Assembly (NCBI GenBank): GCA_011109175.1 | Contig: RDEW01000071.1 | Coordinates: 71,632-135,631, forward strand | DNA length: 64,000 nucleotides | Source of the DNA: Dicyema japonicum | Lineage: Eukaryota > Animalia > Dicyemida | Direction: 5' to 3' | In this document: in pieces, positions 22,510-35,299 of the stretch | Numbering within the stretch: position 1 is the first letter of the stretch | How the letters are laid out: every line of letters starts with the position of its first letter | The notes under the pieces: generated by a model | The model's input: the letters and a program-made list of their open reading frames with translations, nothing else | Told to the model about the DNA's origin: nothing | The model's database searches: none | Position numbers and translations under genes: made by a program

Positions 22510-25150
22510 TTAAGAGGACTACTTACTATTATAAAAAACGATATTCTTTTTATGGATACAACGCAACGAACCTCGGAGCTTCTTGGCTCCGACAAGACTT
22601 TGGAGCAGATTACTGTCAAAATCGAGTTATTCCCATCCTTTTGGATCCATTTGGCTAATATATATATTCCTCCACAAGGATCGTGTCCGTCATCTTACAC
22701 CCCTGATTTATCACGCATTTCAACATTGAAAAATCTACTGTTATGTGGGGATCTTAATGCACGACATCCCGTTTGGCTCACTTCCCAATCCTCTGATAAC
22801 CGAGGAGAACTCATTGCAAATTATCTTCCTGACCTGATTATACTGAACAACCCTAACTCACATACGAGGACCCATTAAGGATAACTGATAGCTGCACATC
22901 CCCGACTTAACATTATGCTCACCTTCTCTGGCTGGACTCATTTCCTGGAACGTCTTTTACGGCTTCCCCAGTGACCACAATCCAATCCTTCTAAAATTGA
23001 GAGGTCTTCGACGATACAGGAGACGGTCGGCGGAATCAAAAAGATTCAAGGATTATACGAAGGTTGACTGGTCTGGTTTCAGTAACCTTGTGGATAAATT
23101 CTTGGCCGGGAGATTATCCTTCCCAATACGCTCTATTGACGAGGCCGCAGAAATTATCAGCGCTGCCATTCAGAAAGCTGACCATATTTTTATTCCTATA
23201 TCGTCATACCAAGAAGTTTATTCCTACCCCAGCTCTTATACAATAAGTCTTATAAAACAAAGAGACCGGCTGAAGAGATGCCATCTGTTGGACATGAAGT
23301 CTTTGACAGCCCTCAGACAACTGAATAAAAGAATCTGTCAGAGCATAAAAGAACACAAGGACAAGAGATGGCAGCATCTAGTTAACCACCTCGACAGGAA
23401 AAGTACATCCCGACACTTCTGGAAAACTCTTAAACAAGTCAAGTCGGAGCTGGATGATGCAGACGGAACCGGAAAGTCTTCTCCTGAACACTTATGCCAC
23501 CTACATCCTAACATCCTTATGAAACATTACGCTGGAATTAGCTTCAAACCATTCTCGAAACACCTGGACATTAAGGTGCGTGCCCATAAACCGAAGAAGG
23601 AACCTTATCACGAACTATTCACAGATGACCAAGTCTTGGATGTGATCACCAGATTAAAGAGCTCACGGGCGTGCGGGCCTGACAAAGTATCTTCTATTCA
23701 CCTAAAACACCTAAGCCACTACGCAATTGGCTACCTCACGCATATATACAATCTGTCCATTAACTATAATATTATTCCTAAGATTTGGAAGAATTCTATC
23801 ATCAGACCGATATTGAAGGCTGGGAAACCAGAGACAGAACCTGCATCCTACAGGCCTATTTCCGTTACCAGCACACTGTCAAAAATTATGGAGAAACTTG
23901 TATTATCAGTCATTATTCCGTATCTTCCGCGTCCTATATTTCAACATGGTTTCCTCCGCGGTAGGTCCACCGCTACATACTTGGCAACTTTATCGCAGTT
24001 CATTGCCGACGGTTTTAACACCCATCCTCCGCCTCACAAACGCACAATCTTGGTTTCTATTGACATCAACAAAGCCTTTGACACTGTTTCGAGGAAAATC
24101 TTGGTTGGAAAAATTTTCTACTAATATTCGTCCGAATGTGAAATTATGGCTGGCCAACTTTTTGTCTGGAAGACGTGGAAGAGTAGTCAGTGGTGATCTC
24201 AGATCTAGATCACGATTACTACCGAACGGGGTACCCCAGGGGTCTCCACTTTCACCAATTCTATTCAACCTTTTCCTACACGACCTACCTAATGATGGAG
24301 ACGAAGATTCCCTGTTATTATCCTACGCAGACGACGTAGTCATTGCAATACGGAACCGCTCGACGCAAGTCGCATCCCTTAAAACTCAGACAAAATTGAA
24401 CATTCTCCACGATTGGATTGCTGGCAATCGACTAACGATTTCTGCAACCAAGTCTATCTGTTCCACATTCACGTCGGACCGTCGTTCCAAGGATGAACCG
24501 AGTCTTTTCATTGGTCCCACTAGGATTCCAGTGACAAAGTCCCCCATTGTCCTTGGAGTCAAGTACGACAGCCTTCTCAAATTCAACTCCCACGCAACAG
24601 ACATGATCACCAGGGGCCTCCAGAAAGTTAACGTTATACGCGCCCTTGTTCGGAGGACCACGAGGAACATGGACTTTTCCGTTTCTACACTCTACCAACA
24701 AACAATCGCGCCTGCCATTGAGTATGCCTCCGTTGCATGGAGATTCGGGCTATCGGAGTCTTTGGTCCAAAGAATCAACTCGATATACCGGAAAACAATC
24801 AGTATGCTTTCCCACGTAATGGATCAACAGTCGACCCACTACTCATGGAAGCTAAGATCCGTAGTCGTGGCTCCGGATTTCTTCGCCTCTGTGAGGAAGA
24901 TGGAAATCCGCTTCGCCTAATCCTTCCCATGGCAAGAGAAAACCGATTGGATAAGAAATTCCCCTCCCCGATCGGATTCCTCTGCAAGACCGAGAGAAGG
25001 CTCTTCCGGAAAGTAGTGGGGACGATGGAGGATCACAGACGTCGAATGGCACAAGTGATTGCGAGGACTGGGATCACCTAACTGTCTGACTCTTTTGTCT
25101 TTCTTTCTCGGTGTTCCCGGGGTTATTAAAATAAAATAAATAAATAATTA
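22510..25150 (+). mobile_element. Jockey/I-like LINE ORF2 (APE + RT), 5'-truncated, few frameshifts
   Basis: NIYIPP..GDLNARH (APE); GPDKV, WKNSIIRPILK, YRPIS, QHGF, DINKAFD, GVPQGSPLSP, SYADD (RT); ends GIT* at 25081, then a stem-loop and (AAAT)n tail. Confidence 0.95.
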
Positions 25151-25933
25151 ATAATAAGTTGGCCAACCTAAATCAGTAAAAAATACTTTTCAACCTATAT
25201 AATTTAAGAATCTTCGTTGTCAATTCAGTTTGCCACATTCTTTGTGAATGTAGCAAATTTATTATTCCGAAGTCATATGATTAAAATTATATTTGAAGAT
25301 GGTCTACTGTGGTTGAAATGCTGTCAACATTGTGGAATCAGCCTACTCTATAATTGTTTATCTGATTACTCTAATAATATGGTGACTATTCCAACTTCAG
25401 GTGGAGATTCATCTTTGCATACATTAGCTATAAAATTTTTATGTGAGAATACATTTAACTATGTTTTTTAATATGTGAGACAAGTTGAAATTTATGTGTT
25501 TATACCTCTCATCAATACTGATATAATACCACGACAAACACAAGTTAATGAGAACAGTTCAAATATTACAAGGACTTGTCCGTGTTACGTCCACTAAAAT
25601 TCAAATAAGGCGAAATTGATCTATGAAAACCATGTTCTTCATCATTTAACACAATTACTCCGTTAATTCAAAAACCTTGATCTATATGGTCTATTGAAAT
25701 AAAAGAATCACCAAATAATCAAAAATACAACTTCATTATACCTGGATGATACCACAAACTAAACAAAATAAAGAAATAACGTTGATTAACTAATCAGTTA
25801 ACTAATTTCCCAATTTTTGCTTATAAAAACAGGCTTTTAATAATTATATTAGCTTAAGGAATTTAAATAATTTGTGTTTTCGTTCACAAAATTGAACATT
25901 TGTTCACATCTCACTGTTAATTGGATAATAATA

Positions 25934-26520
25934 CAGTACGACCACGCCCCAATAAAACCCAGGGTATGGGGCACCCTCTGTTTTGGGGGCGATTTTTTTT
26001 AATAAATATTATTTTGAATGATTTTTACATTTTTTGACCAAGCCTTAATTTAAAATACAAAACTCCGCTTATTGGGGCATTTTTTCAATCGATAATATTA
26101 AAATTTATTATTTCATTTTGATTTTTATTTAATTAATTTTAAAAATATTTTAAGGATGGCTGCGAAGCTTGGGACTTTGTATAATGGAAATGATGAGATT
26201 GAAGGGTTATGTTTAAAAAATTCAATAAGAATAATCTCGAAACTTCTTTATTCAATACTTGCTCTGAAGGGCTCAAAGAATACTATGAATTCAGAATGAA
26301 AATTTCAAAGATTCTAAGAAATAAGTATAATACTGGGTTCAAAATAACTGATTATTTTTCATAAAATAATTAAATCCTCTTTTTTATCGAAATAACATAT
26401 TTTGTTATTAAAAATAAAAATAATAGTTTTAAAATGTAAGGATTATATACCTATATTTGGGGCACCTATATTTAGGGGCACCTTCTATATTTGGGGCACT
26501 TTTCTATTGGGGCGGGTACA
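25934..26520. mobile_element. pogo/Tigger-like non-autonomous DNA transposon
   Basis: TA|CAGTACG.. left end; CGCCCCAATA / TATTGGGGCG inverted termini; subterminal TATTTGGGGCAC repeats; internal fragment ending ..FKITDYFS*. Confidence 0.5.
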
Positions 26521-26959
26521 TATATTACAAGTAACAGCTATTTGGTAATCACAGTTTTGAAAATTGATAAACTCTTAAATTACCTGTATTATAACTTTTA
26601 GTGTACAATAATAAAATTTTTGGTGGGTCAGTTTATTTCAAAGGTTTATCTTACACACATTCCACAGACAACAGTAATGTTTCCATTCCTTTACTTCCGT
26701 TGAGGTAGGGCGCATATTTTAAAAAGTAAGAACTGAAGGTACTGTGTCATATATGCTGATTGTTTCGAGTTTCAATCTCGCTGTTATCTGTTTCAGTCAA
26801 CGATTCCAGGCTCTACGATTCTTCTTGGATAGGTTAATGATGCCCACTGATGCGGTCATCAGTGATTGTCACTTGGAACCAGATCAGAGATTTGTAAAAT
26901 ACTTAATAAATCCTACTTGGATTTATTAGTAATTTAAAATGATTTATTTTTCATTGCAA

Positions 26960-27850
26960 AAAAACGGAAGAAGACCGTGGATCATTGAGCCACAAGGTGT
27001 GAAAAGATGTTGCATGGAGATTATGTAAGAAGACATAACGAAGTCGTTAGGTGCCTACATTTCCACTTTTACAGAGAGTTTGGCCTCAAAAACGAGAAGA
27101 AACTAAAGACTAAGTCAGTGCAATCCATAGTAATATTTGTATTCCTTACCGACTTCTCCGTTCACTCTGGGATCTTGTAATTGCAGAAGATTTAAACAAC
27201 CTTACAGAAACACCAACTGGTATGCAAACTAACAAAATATGACGTCGCTGTTACAAGAGACAAAAACGACAGTACAATCAACAGAACTGTTTGGCAGATT
27301 CCATTTTTTTACCCTCCCACTGGTCTGCCGACATAATGGTTTCGGATTTTCAGTCCATCAGGATCTGATTCGCTGTGCTACAATAGTGTGGGCAGCATCT
27401 GACATTATAATGGAAATGGCGGACACATGAACTACCTAAGAGTACTAATGCGCAACGGAAGATCATGGTCGCAGCTGACGGAGAGGATGATTCGGAATAT
27501 GGCACAAGGGAACTAATTTTATGTTTTCTCGGGAGTGCTTATTAATAATAATAATCCATTGTAATGAATGACTCGGTTGAAATCAGAGTTGACACGTTTA
27601 TCAAAACGGACATAATTATTGACCATAACAAGCCAGACCTGTTCGTTTTTGATAAAAGGAGAAACAAAACTATCTTGGTCAAAGTGGGAATAACATCTTC
27701 CCAAAATCTACAAGTGGAATGCGATAAACTGAGGAGGTATGACCTTCTATCCAAGTTGATACAGATTGTCCCGATTGTACTCACTTGGGATGACCTAGTG
27801 ACTTCACATTCGTGGAGGTATGGCAGATCTTTGAATATAAGTGAAAGAAC
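26960..27850 (+). mobile_element. R4/Dong-like RLE retroelement 3' region, split by an insertion
   Basis: RCEKMLHGDYVRRHNEVVRCLH..SVQSIV [insertion] MNDSVEIRVDTFIKTD..HNKPDLFVFDK..VGITS..IVPIVLTWD. Confidence 0.85.
27135..27552 (+). mobile_element. Internally deleted RTE derivative (APE start fused to 3' end)
   Basis: LLQETK..HNGFGFSVH joined to ..LRVLMRNGRSW..; tail GTGCTT+(AAT)n as at 60175; 13-bp TSD AATCCAT(A/T)GTAAT at 27122-27134 and 27553-27565. Confidence 0.75.
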
Positions 27851-27854
27851 GTAT

Positions 27855-28720
27855 CTCTCTCGACCTCACACAAGCACGTATCTGTCGAGTGACTGGATCT
27901 TAACAGTCACGATGGCGCGTTCCATGGTTCATTCAAATCATGGCTTCAAAAGGCATTGGTGAATCCATTCCTAGAAAGTGTCAGAATAGTCTCCACCTGC
28001 ATGCCGTTATTTCTAGTGAGATAGGTTTGTTTGATGTCCTGGTATAAACTATTTTGCTTTGAGCCTTGAATGCCATGTCGAGGCTAGAGTACGTCGAAGC
28101 TGATCTCTATGGAACGAGTCTAGAATGTGATTGTCCGTATCATAAAGTCCCATGTTCCGGTATTGTAGAGGAGAATAGGCTTTACCAGTGAATTGTATAA
28201 ACGCATCCGTGTTTGTGTACTCAATCCTTTATGCTTTAGCCGGTTTTCTTTTAGGCTGAGTACTGCACTGTTTGCATGTGTTTTCCGCATAATTACCTCC
28301 TGTTCATCTCCCATAAACGATCCTAGCTTCTTTACTTTTCTCCAATGTTTATCCAGCTTGGATTTTTTTCTGACTAGTTCAGCCAATTCTGTTTTCTCCA
28401 CATTTACATTGAGGAACCGCTCAGTAAGTTTATTTTCCATCACCTCCAATAGGCTTTCAGAGCATTCATGTCTAAAGAAATGAAATCCACGTCATCCGCA
28501 TAAGCCACCACATCGATTTTTTGCTTCATAGTATGGTTTTAGCTCCCTCAATGCAGCTTCCAGGTATATGACAAATAGTATGTGAGATAACGGATCCTTT
28601 TGAGGTGCCCCAGATGTTGTTTCAAATTGCTTAGAGCACTTGTCCCGTACCCTGACCGATTGGTAAGTTTCTGACTAAAGTAGAAGATTCGTCAATGAAC
28701 TCTGTGAGGACATCCATCAA
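27855..28720 (-). mobile_element. RTE LINE RT fragment
   Basis: GAPQKDPLSHILF..YADDVDF..KKLGS..RLYNSLVKPILLYNTGTW..RWRLF. Confidence 0.85.
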
Positions 28721-28847
28721 TTCTGTAAGGACAAAGAACATTTAAATTAGAATTAACCTTTACTATAAATAAATGCTCAATTAAAAAAATAAAAATATTA
28801 ATGAAAAATTATTAACAATTTAAAAAAATTAAATTAAAGGGCTATAT

Positions 28848-29151
28848 GTTATTTTATCGAGATGGCGACTATTTGGACATATCCTCAGACTGGACCCGAC
28901 TACGCCATGTAAAAAAATAATGGAGGAATATTTCTACTACGCCGGAAGTCGCGGATTTCGAGGCAGACCAAGAAACACACTTCCAACCTGCTTAAAAGAT
29001 GACTACGAACAAAATAGTCGTAAATTGGTGACAGCGGACGATCTGGATGATGTTCGAATGAGGGCCAGGAACAGGCCAGGAGCGAGGATGGCTGCAAAAC
29101 ATGGCTCAAGCGAACCCCTTTTAGGGCCACGCGAAAGAGCTCTTAACTAAC
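28848..29151 (+). mobile_element. RTE LINE 3' tip with target-site duplication
   Basis: RWRLFGHILRL..FRGRPRNTLP..(TAAC)n; exact 13-bp TSD TAAAGGGCTATAT at 28835-28847 and 29152-29164. Confidence 0.9.
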
Positions 29152-29899
29152 TAAAGGGCTATATTTTTGGCTGTGGTGGTCACCAGCCTCTATTGTAACA
29201 CATTTCTAAAGGCGATGAGACTTCAAAAAGAACTAACCTCTCCTACCTTCAATACCAAAGTACTTAAATATGTGATGAAGAGATGCACTCTGTATTCCGA
29301 CATTCAAAAATATGACTGATCGGTATGCTGCTTGCAGGAAATAAAGATGGCAGGGGGGTTGTTCAAGGAGCATATAAACTATGTTTTAATGCTGTTTCCT
29401 TCGGATTAAAGACACTATGGTCAAGGATTTGCTATAAAGACATTGTCCCATGTTTTTACAAGGTTATACAGAGACCAGAAGATACAAGACTTTACAGCTA
29501 TAAGTATCCTCACAAAAGAGGGAAAAATTTAAATTTCCATTGAGAAGATTTTCGACAACATTGATAAAGAACATCCCCTTAAAGGGATCATTAAAGATAG
29601 AATCTTCTTCAACGGATAATGAGAAGATGACACAGACTCCATCCCTACGCAAAGAAAAACTTGCTTCAATATACCAAAACTTACAAAAGAACAAAAGGAG
29701 TTAAGACTACTTCTAGAAATTACCTTGGATATGAGTGTGCCCGATTAATCAAGTCGAAACGAACGTCTATTCAGAATAGAATAAATTTAATAGGAAGTAC
29801 AAAAATTGCATAACTGGAAGAATGGAAAACCCTTACAGAACGTATAGTGTGGATGATCGACTGAAAGAAGCAAGAATAAAAATGCAGGTTGTCACAAAC

Positions 29900-30500
29900 T
29901 GGAATTATCGCGAAAACCGACATGGACGAGAATCCTGGATGGTTTTCCATAAAGGAAACGTAGTTATCTCAACTTTTAAGGTATTTGGTCATGGCTTAGA
30001 GAAGGGGCTGTCATGTAGAGCTATTTTCACCAACTTCAGTTATCATCAAAACTTCTTCCAGAGGGGCGGACATAAAGTCTATGTGGAAGTAGAATCCGGG
30101 CTTCGTGGTCTTGAATTTCGTATCATAGATATTTTATGATGGACATGAGCGTCTGAGAAGACGATCCAGTCTATGGAAGTTTCCTGTATTATTCTTTAAT
30201 TATCCTCCGTGATCTTCTAGCTAAATCTTTGTGTTAAACTGAAACAATATTTAATCAGATTGTTGGGATGATTGTGCATTTCTTCAAGATGCTAGGCAGT
30301 GGGGGTTTTGATGGATCGTATTCCAGACTTGTCTAACTTGTGGGTTTGGAGATAGATCTTGGGATAGCTTCGTCTACTGATTTATGCTCATATCTTTGTT
30401 TTGTCTGCCGATTTCTCGATTTTTCTACTAATCAAGTTCTTATTTTGATCTCAAAAAAGATCGGATCGTGGTGGTTCATATTGTTTATATTTGACTGACC
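29900..30500 (-). mobile_element. Gypsy-like integrase remnant
   Basis: ..KPGFYFHIDFMSAPL.. resembles the rve start (HIDF.GP); heavily broken. Confidence 0.35.
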
Positions 30501-30789
30501 AGTTAATCCGAGGGACAAGAGATGTCAGTGTACCTCCAAGGAACTAAAGGCATTAATATTTTTCGCAATATCCAGACATCAATCAAATTCAGAACTTACT
30601 GAGTAAACCAAAAACAAATTTCGTTACAAATCTTAATAAATAGTCCGAATTGTAAAAAGTTGGTAAAAAGAAATGCTTTTACATCACTAAATTAGGTGGT
30701 AGACTAATTCATAATTATAAAAGAATGATGGAAAGATAAGAAATCGGACAGAGATCATACCTATGTACGTCACTACATAAACCTCTGGA

Positions 30790-31200
30790 ACTAACTACTT
30801 CAAAGTGTTAAGCTTAATATGAGATAAATGTTGAGTCATTATATAAAATAATATTAATAATAGAATATGCCAATCTGTAATGGATAATAACGTATTTTAT
30901 TATTATGTAAATGACAGCAATAAAACAACAATTACACCAACTACACAGACAGGTACTAAAAATTTGTTTTCTAAAGTTGACAATATTACTGAGTGCATGT
31001 GAGTTTATTGTAGTCATATAACTTTGAATTGAATTTTACATTGAGATTTTCATATTTTACAAAATCACATCCGAGGTTACCATTTCCATTAAACACTATT
31101 GTTATCTGTTTTAGATAGTTGATTTTCATATTTTTTATTTTTATAGTTCCATAATTAGGAATAGTTACAGCTATTTTACTGCAGTTATAATAACCGTTAG
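30790..31200 (-). pseudogene. Fragment of a single-pass membrane protein gene
   Basis: 19-nt GT-AG segment followed by KQILVPVCVVGVIVVLLLSFT (TM-like), then stops. Confidence 0.3.
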
Positions 31201-31379
31201 TTGAAATGTATCAACGCCCCCGGTTCTTATGACATACGACAAAAGTTAATAAAAGAGAACAGCAAAGGAGGACTTATTTCCTTTAACGATGGGAGATCAC
31301 ATTCAACGTGAACACCATGATTTTAATTCCGAAAAAACTTTTTTATAGCTTTCTTCCATTTACACATTAAAATGCATAT

Positions 31380-32330
31380 AAGTGGTAAAACATCATTATT
31401 TACTAGTCCATGAATCGTATATAATTTTTCGCGAGCGATGAGCGTGATGACAGGTGATCCAACGGCCACAGCATGTCACCTCGACGGAAACAAATTCACA
31501 ATGTGTATTCATAATAACTTTTGGCTCACGTATCTGTAGAACATTACTGTAGAACAATGTGGTTTCAGTACCAGCTTCTGCACCTTCGACCCATGGTATT
31601 TCTATAGAATTGTATCCTTGTAGCATTGTAGTGTTGGTCTTTTTCACTTTGGTCTTGTTGACCATCAGGATGTCAATCTTGGTGGACGATAGGAATAGTG
31701 CCAGGTCATGACGCCTCTTCCTCAGAGATCGGGCGTTCACCAACACTATCTTCAGGTTCTTGTTAGTTCTTGGGCCAATTATTCTTTTTTGGGCTGGTGG
31801 ATCCACTTTGTTGTTTATAACATTCATCTGTTTTGGTCCCGTATTGTTGATTCCAGGATTTAACTTTGGCTTGGCCTCTATGAGCACAGTGCATCTTCCA
31901 TATCTTGCACCATGTTTTGTTGATCAGCAGTTAACACACTTAGATTCAAGACCCGGATCCGCATTGCACCTTGAGGTGTCATGCTCTCCCGCGCAACGGA
32001 AGCATTTCTTCTTTCCCGTGAACTGGTATGCAAAGTGACCGACCTGCTGACAGTTGTAGCAGATCGGCGATTTTCTTCTCATCCACTCACAAGAGATCTT
32101 GTTCGTTCCGATGTAGAAGCCACACTGTATTAGTAATGTGGACTCCGATTTACTATTGACCGAGGCCTTCGCAATTGGCATGGCCTGCGATCCTCTCATT
32201 CGGGTAACCTTCGTGACTGAAAGAGCCATCTCCTGGAGGTAGTCCAAAAGGTCGTCCTCCTTAACCCAGAAGGGAAGGTTCCTGAGGACAATATCAGACG
32301 TTTGCAATCTATATTGCACTTGCGATGAAT
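31380..32330 (-). mobile_element. Jockey/I/R1-type LINE 5' part: ORF1 zinc knuckles and start of ORF2 APE
   Basis: CYNCQQVGH..CFRCAGEH..CVNC; then LKIVLVNARSLRKRR..IDILMVNKT. Confidence 0.85.
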
Positions 32331-33190
32331 TTACCTGTTACCCCTGGAGGCAGCTCTAAGACCTCTCCTGGAAAAGAACTGTTTCACTAATGTGATGAAA
32401 GTAATCTACGCAGATGATATTGATTTCGTCTGCCGGGATAGGGATACGCTGGAAACTATACTAAAGTGATCCCTCAAGGCTTAAAGGACTGGTGGTAGTA
32501 AACCCAGACAAAACGGAAAGAACTAGCATATCCCGTTGCACGACGAGAAACGAGCAAAACTGAAAAACATGCAAGAAATTTGGATCTCTCCTTGGGGACT
32601 CAGAGGACGTTATTCACAGGACAATTCTGGCGGTTGCTTCTTTCTAAAAAGTGTGGGCGATCTGGATGCGGCAAAAGTACATAGGCACTCTCCTTCGAAT
32701 TCGGTTGTACAACTCCTTTATCGAACCAATTCTACTTTATAACATGGGAACCTGGAGCCTAACCACCAAAGAACTAGAAAACCTTAACTCTTTCCGCAGA
32801 AAACAACTGCGACTTCTTCTGGGAGTCTATTGGTCAAAACGGATAACCAACGACGAGTTATATAGAATTACTCAAACAACAAAGATTGGGAATAAAGTTA
32901 CTTCTGCGAAATGGCAGCTTTTTGGACATTCCTAAGAGTTTCGGAGATAGTACCGGCCAATTAGGCCATGGAATCATACCTTTCTTTATTAAACAAAACA
33001 ACATATCGAGGTCGACAAATAACAACGTTGCCGACAAATAACAACAAATAACTCACTTGTATAAAAAGAAAACTGAAAACAGGAGAAGATTTGATGATCT
33101 GAGGGCAGATGCGAGAAACAGGGGAGGATGGAAAAGACTCACAGGGAGTATCCAGAGATGCATGGCAAAGTGGAATCTCAAATTAGTTAA
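32330..33190 (+). mobile_element. RTE LINE RT 3' fragment
   Basis: YADDIDF..RIRLYNSFIEPILLYNMGTW..KWQLFGH..YRGR..NRGGW. Confidence 0.85.
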
Positions 33191-33553
33191 CTGGTTCCCC
33201 GGACATTGCCAATAATAATAATTTGGTTGTCCTAGTGATTAGTTATCCAACAATTAGTTGGTCGGAGGATGAGGAGGTGACTTACCTCTATTGGACTAAA
33301 TATTTACTTAACTTCTTGAAAGATGAAAGCCTTTTGTTTTTTTCTCTTGAAAAACTATTTAGACAGAAACTCGAAAAAAATCATAATTGGAAGTTAGTAA
33401 ATAAAGAAAGATGAGATAAAGCTTTTAAAAATTGAGTTCTACAGAAAATCAATTATCAAAATGAAAAAAAGTATTCGGTTAACTATGATTTGAGATTTGA
33501 TTAAACTAGTACTACTTATTCAAAATTCAACGATTAGAGAATAACGGAATTAG

Positions 33554-34556
33554 TTAATCACGCGGAGGAACAAACAAGGACCTAATGATGGGACGAAGAG
33601 TTGTTCTATTTGAATCGTCTTGATTAGCTAGTGTTGGAAACTTATTTAAGATTGTTTGACCATCTATAATCAGATAATATAGCAACCTGTCTCACACATT
33701 AGAATTTCCTAGCCATATTGTTCCTTGAATCATAACATATGAGTCGCCAGTGCAATAATCCATAATTATAGTTTCATTAAAACGACCACGTCTGTCATTG
33801 ACAAATGAATCTCCCTTCAACATCACTGAATGTTACTATAAAGTTACTAAATATGACTTCATAATTTCGTTTATCATGTATTTCAGCTACAATGGCAGAA
33901 TACATTTCACATGTAGCATCCAAATCCGTGTATTTAATATACTGATGAATGAAGATATATCCTCTCTCATTAAACATATAATAGGTAGCAAGTCCTTCCT
34001 GTACAGAACTCCATTCATCTGTCCTCGTAGGATAATAAGGATTTCCCGGTGGCACATAATCATGAGTAGCCCGATTATGGTGATCTAAAATAATATATAT
34101 TAATACCTATTTCGCATAGGTATAGTAAAGTTTTGTCCAGTTGTTGGAAAGTCATTATTGATTGACAGACTATGACACTAATGTATGAATAAAAATCTGA
34201 GTTATAATGCCCACTAATATTCAAATACGGCTAAAATTTGTGATTTAAAAAACCATGTCACTATTATTATTTAAATGAAATCTTCCATTAGCAAATATCC
34301 CTTGAATCCAAAAGTCTTCACGTAGGATGTCTATTAAATTTAGAGAATCATACCAATCAAAGCTAAAAATTCAGCAAGGTCATTAATGATTACTTGATAA
34401 TAATTTTGGGGACACATTGCAGGACTATCTATAGTCTTTCTCCCTATAATCATGTATCCATGATTTCCATAATTAAAATTGTGAGGACAAACTTAAATTC
34501 ATAAAGCCAAATATACTTGTTAAAGTGGATAGTAGCAAAATGACATAAACATTCAT
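33554..34556 (-). CDS. Secreted protein with two divergent C-type-lectin-like domains
   Basis: Signal peptide MNVYVILLLSTLT; introns 34516-34492, 34353-34331, 34253-34231, 34106-34085, 33847-33826 (25/23/23/22/22 nt) plus two probable downstream introns keep one frame: CPHNF..C..INDLAE..FWIQG..; ..GYIF..C..AEIH..DYC..LMCE. The 3' end is less certain. Confidence 0.7.
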
Positions 34557-34999
34557 CTGTCTTTTATCATAAGATTTTTTGACTATATATATTAATATAT
34601 TAATTTCCTAGAAATTTCAAAATATAAGTGGAAAAAATCATTAATCGAATCTTAAAGACTCAGATAACTGATTGTACTTATGTTTCCTGAAAACTGAGTT
34701 TAAAAATAAGATTCATCACTTTTAGCAGAATATTTGTCCATTTCGTGAGAATTGAAAATTAAGAAAATATTCAAGAATTTCAAAAATTTGTACTTATCAT
34801 TCACAAAATTCAGAATTTGTTGCCATCTAACTGTTAGAGAATAATACATGTTAGAACAGCTATTGGCTTATTATTGTTAGTTTTCATTTATTGTTAAGCT
34901 CATAAAAATCAAAAATTATAACTTTCTGAGGTTTTTATTTTAAGGTTAATTTTTTCATTCTTTTCCAAGAATATATTGTTCCCATTCTAAACCTAACCA

Positions 35000-35078
35000 T
35001 AGACAGGAGTGATATGGCATTGTCATAAGTACTAGAGAAAATCCAGATGGTTCCAGGTTTGAATCTCGTTGCTGTCTA
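35000..35078 (+). pseudogene. tRNA-Ser-like relic
   Basis: TAGACAG/CTGTCTA acceptor-like stem; ACTAGAGAAAATCCA and CAGGTTTGAATC resemble tRNA-Ser(AGA) anticodon and T arms; A-box degraded. Confidence 0.3.
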
Positions 35079-35299
35079 TTCTGATTAAAAGTTCCAGAGT
35101 TCTACGATGTTTCTTGGTTTGTTATTGTCACTCCATAAACAGATTGTTTTCAAGGTCTTACGCTTACAAAAACTAAGATCAGAAATTAATCGAAGCACTT
35201 AAATGAATCTCAGTTGATTTATTATAGATTTAAATGACCTATTTTATAAATTTTTTGTTATAAATCTAGCTTTATAAAAAGTAGAGGTTACATTATGCT

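Noticed and set aside
23990-25052. Antisense ORFs over the Jockey-like RT (and similar ones at 36027, 56414, 60715, 61501)
   Set aside because: Shadow ORFs on the opposite strand of RT coding sequence.
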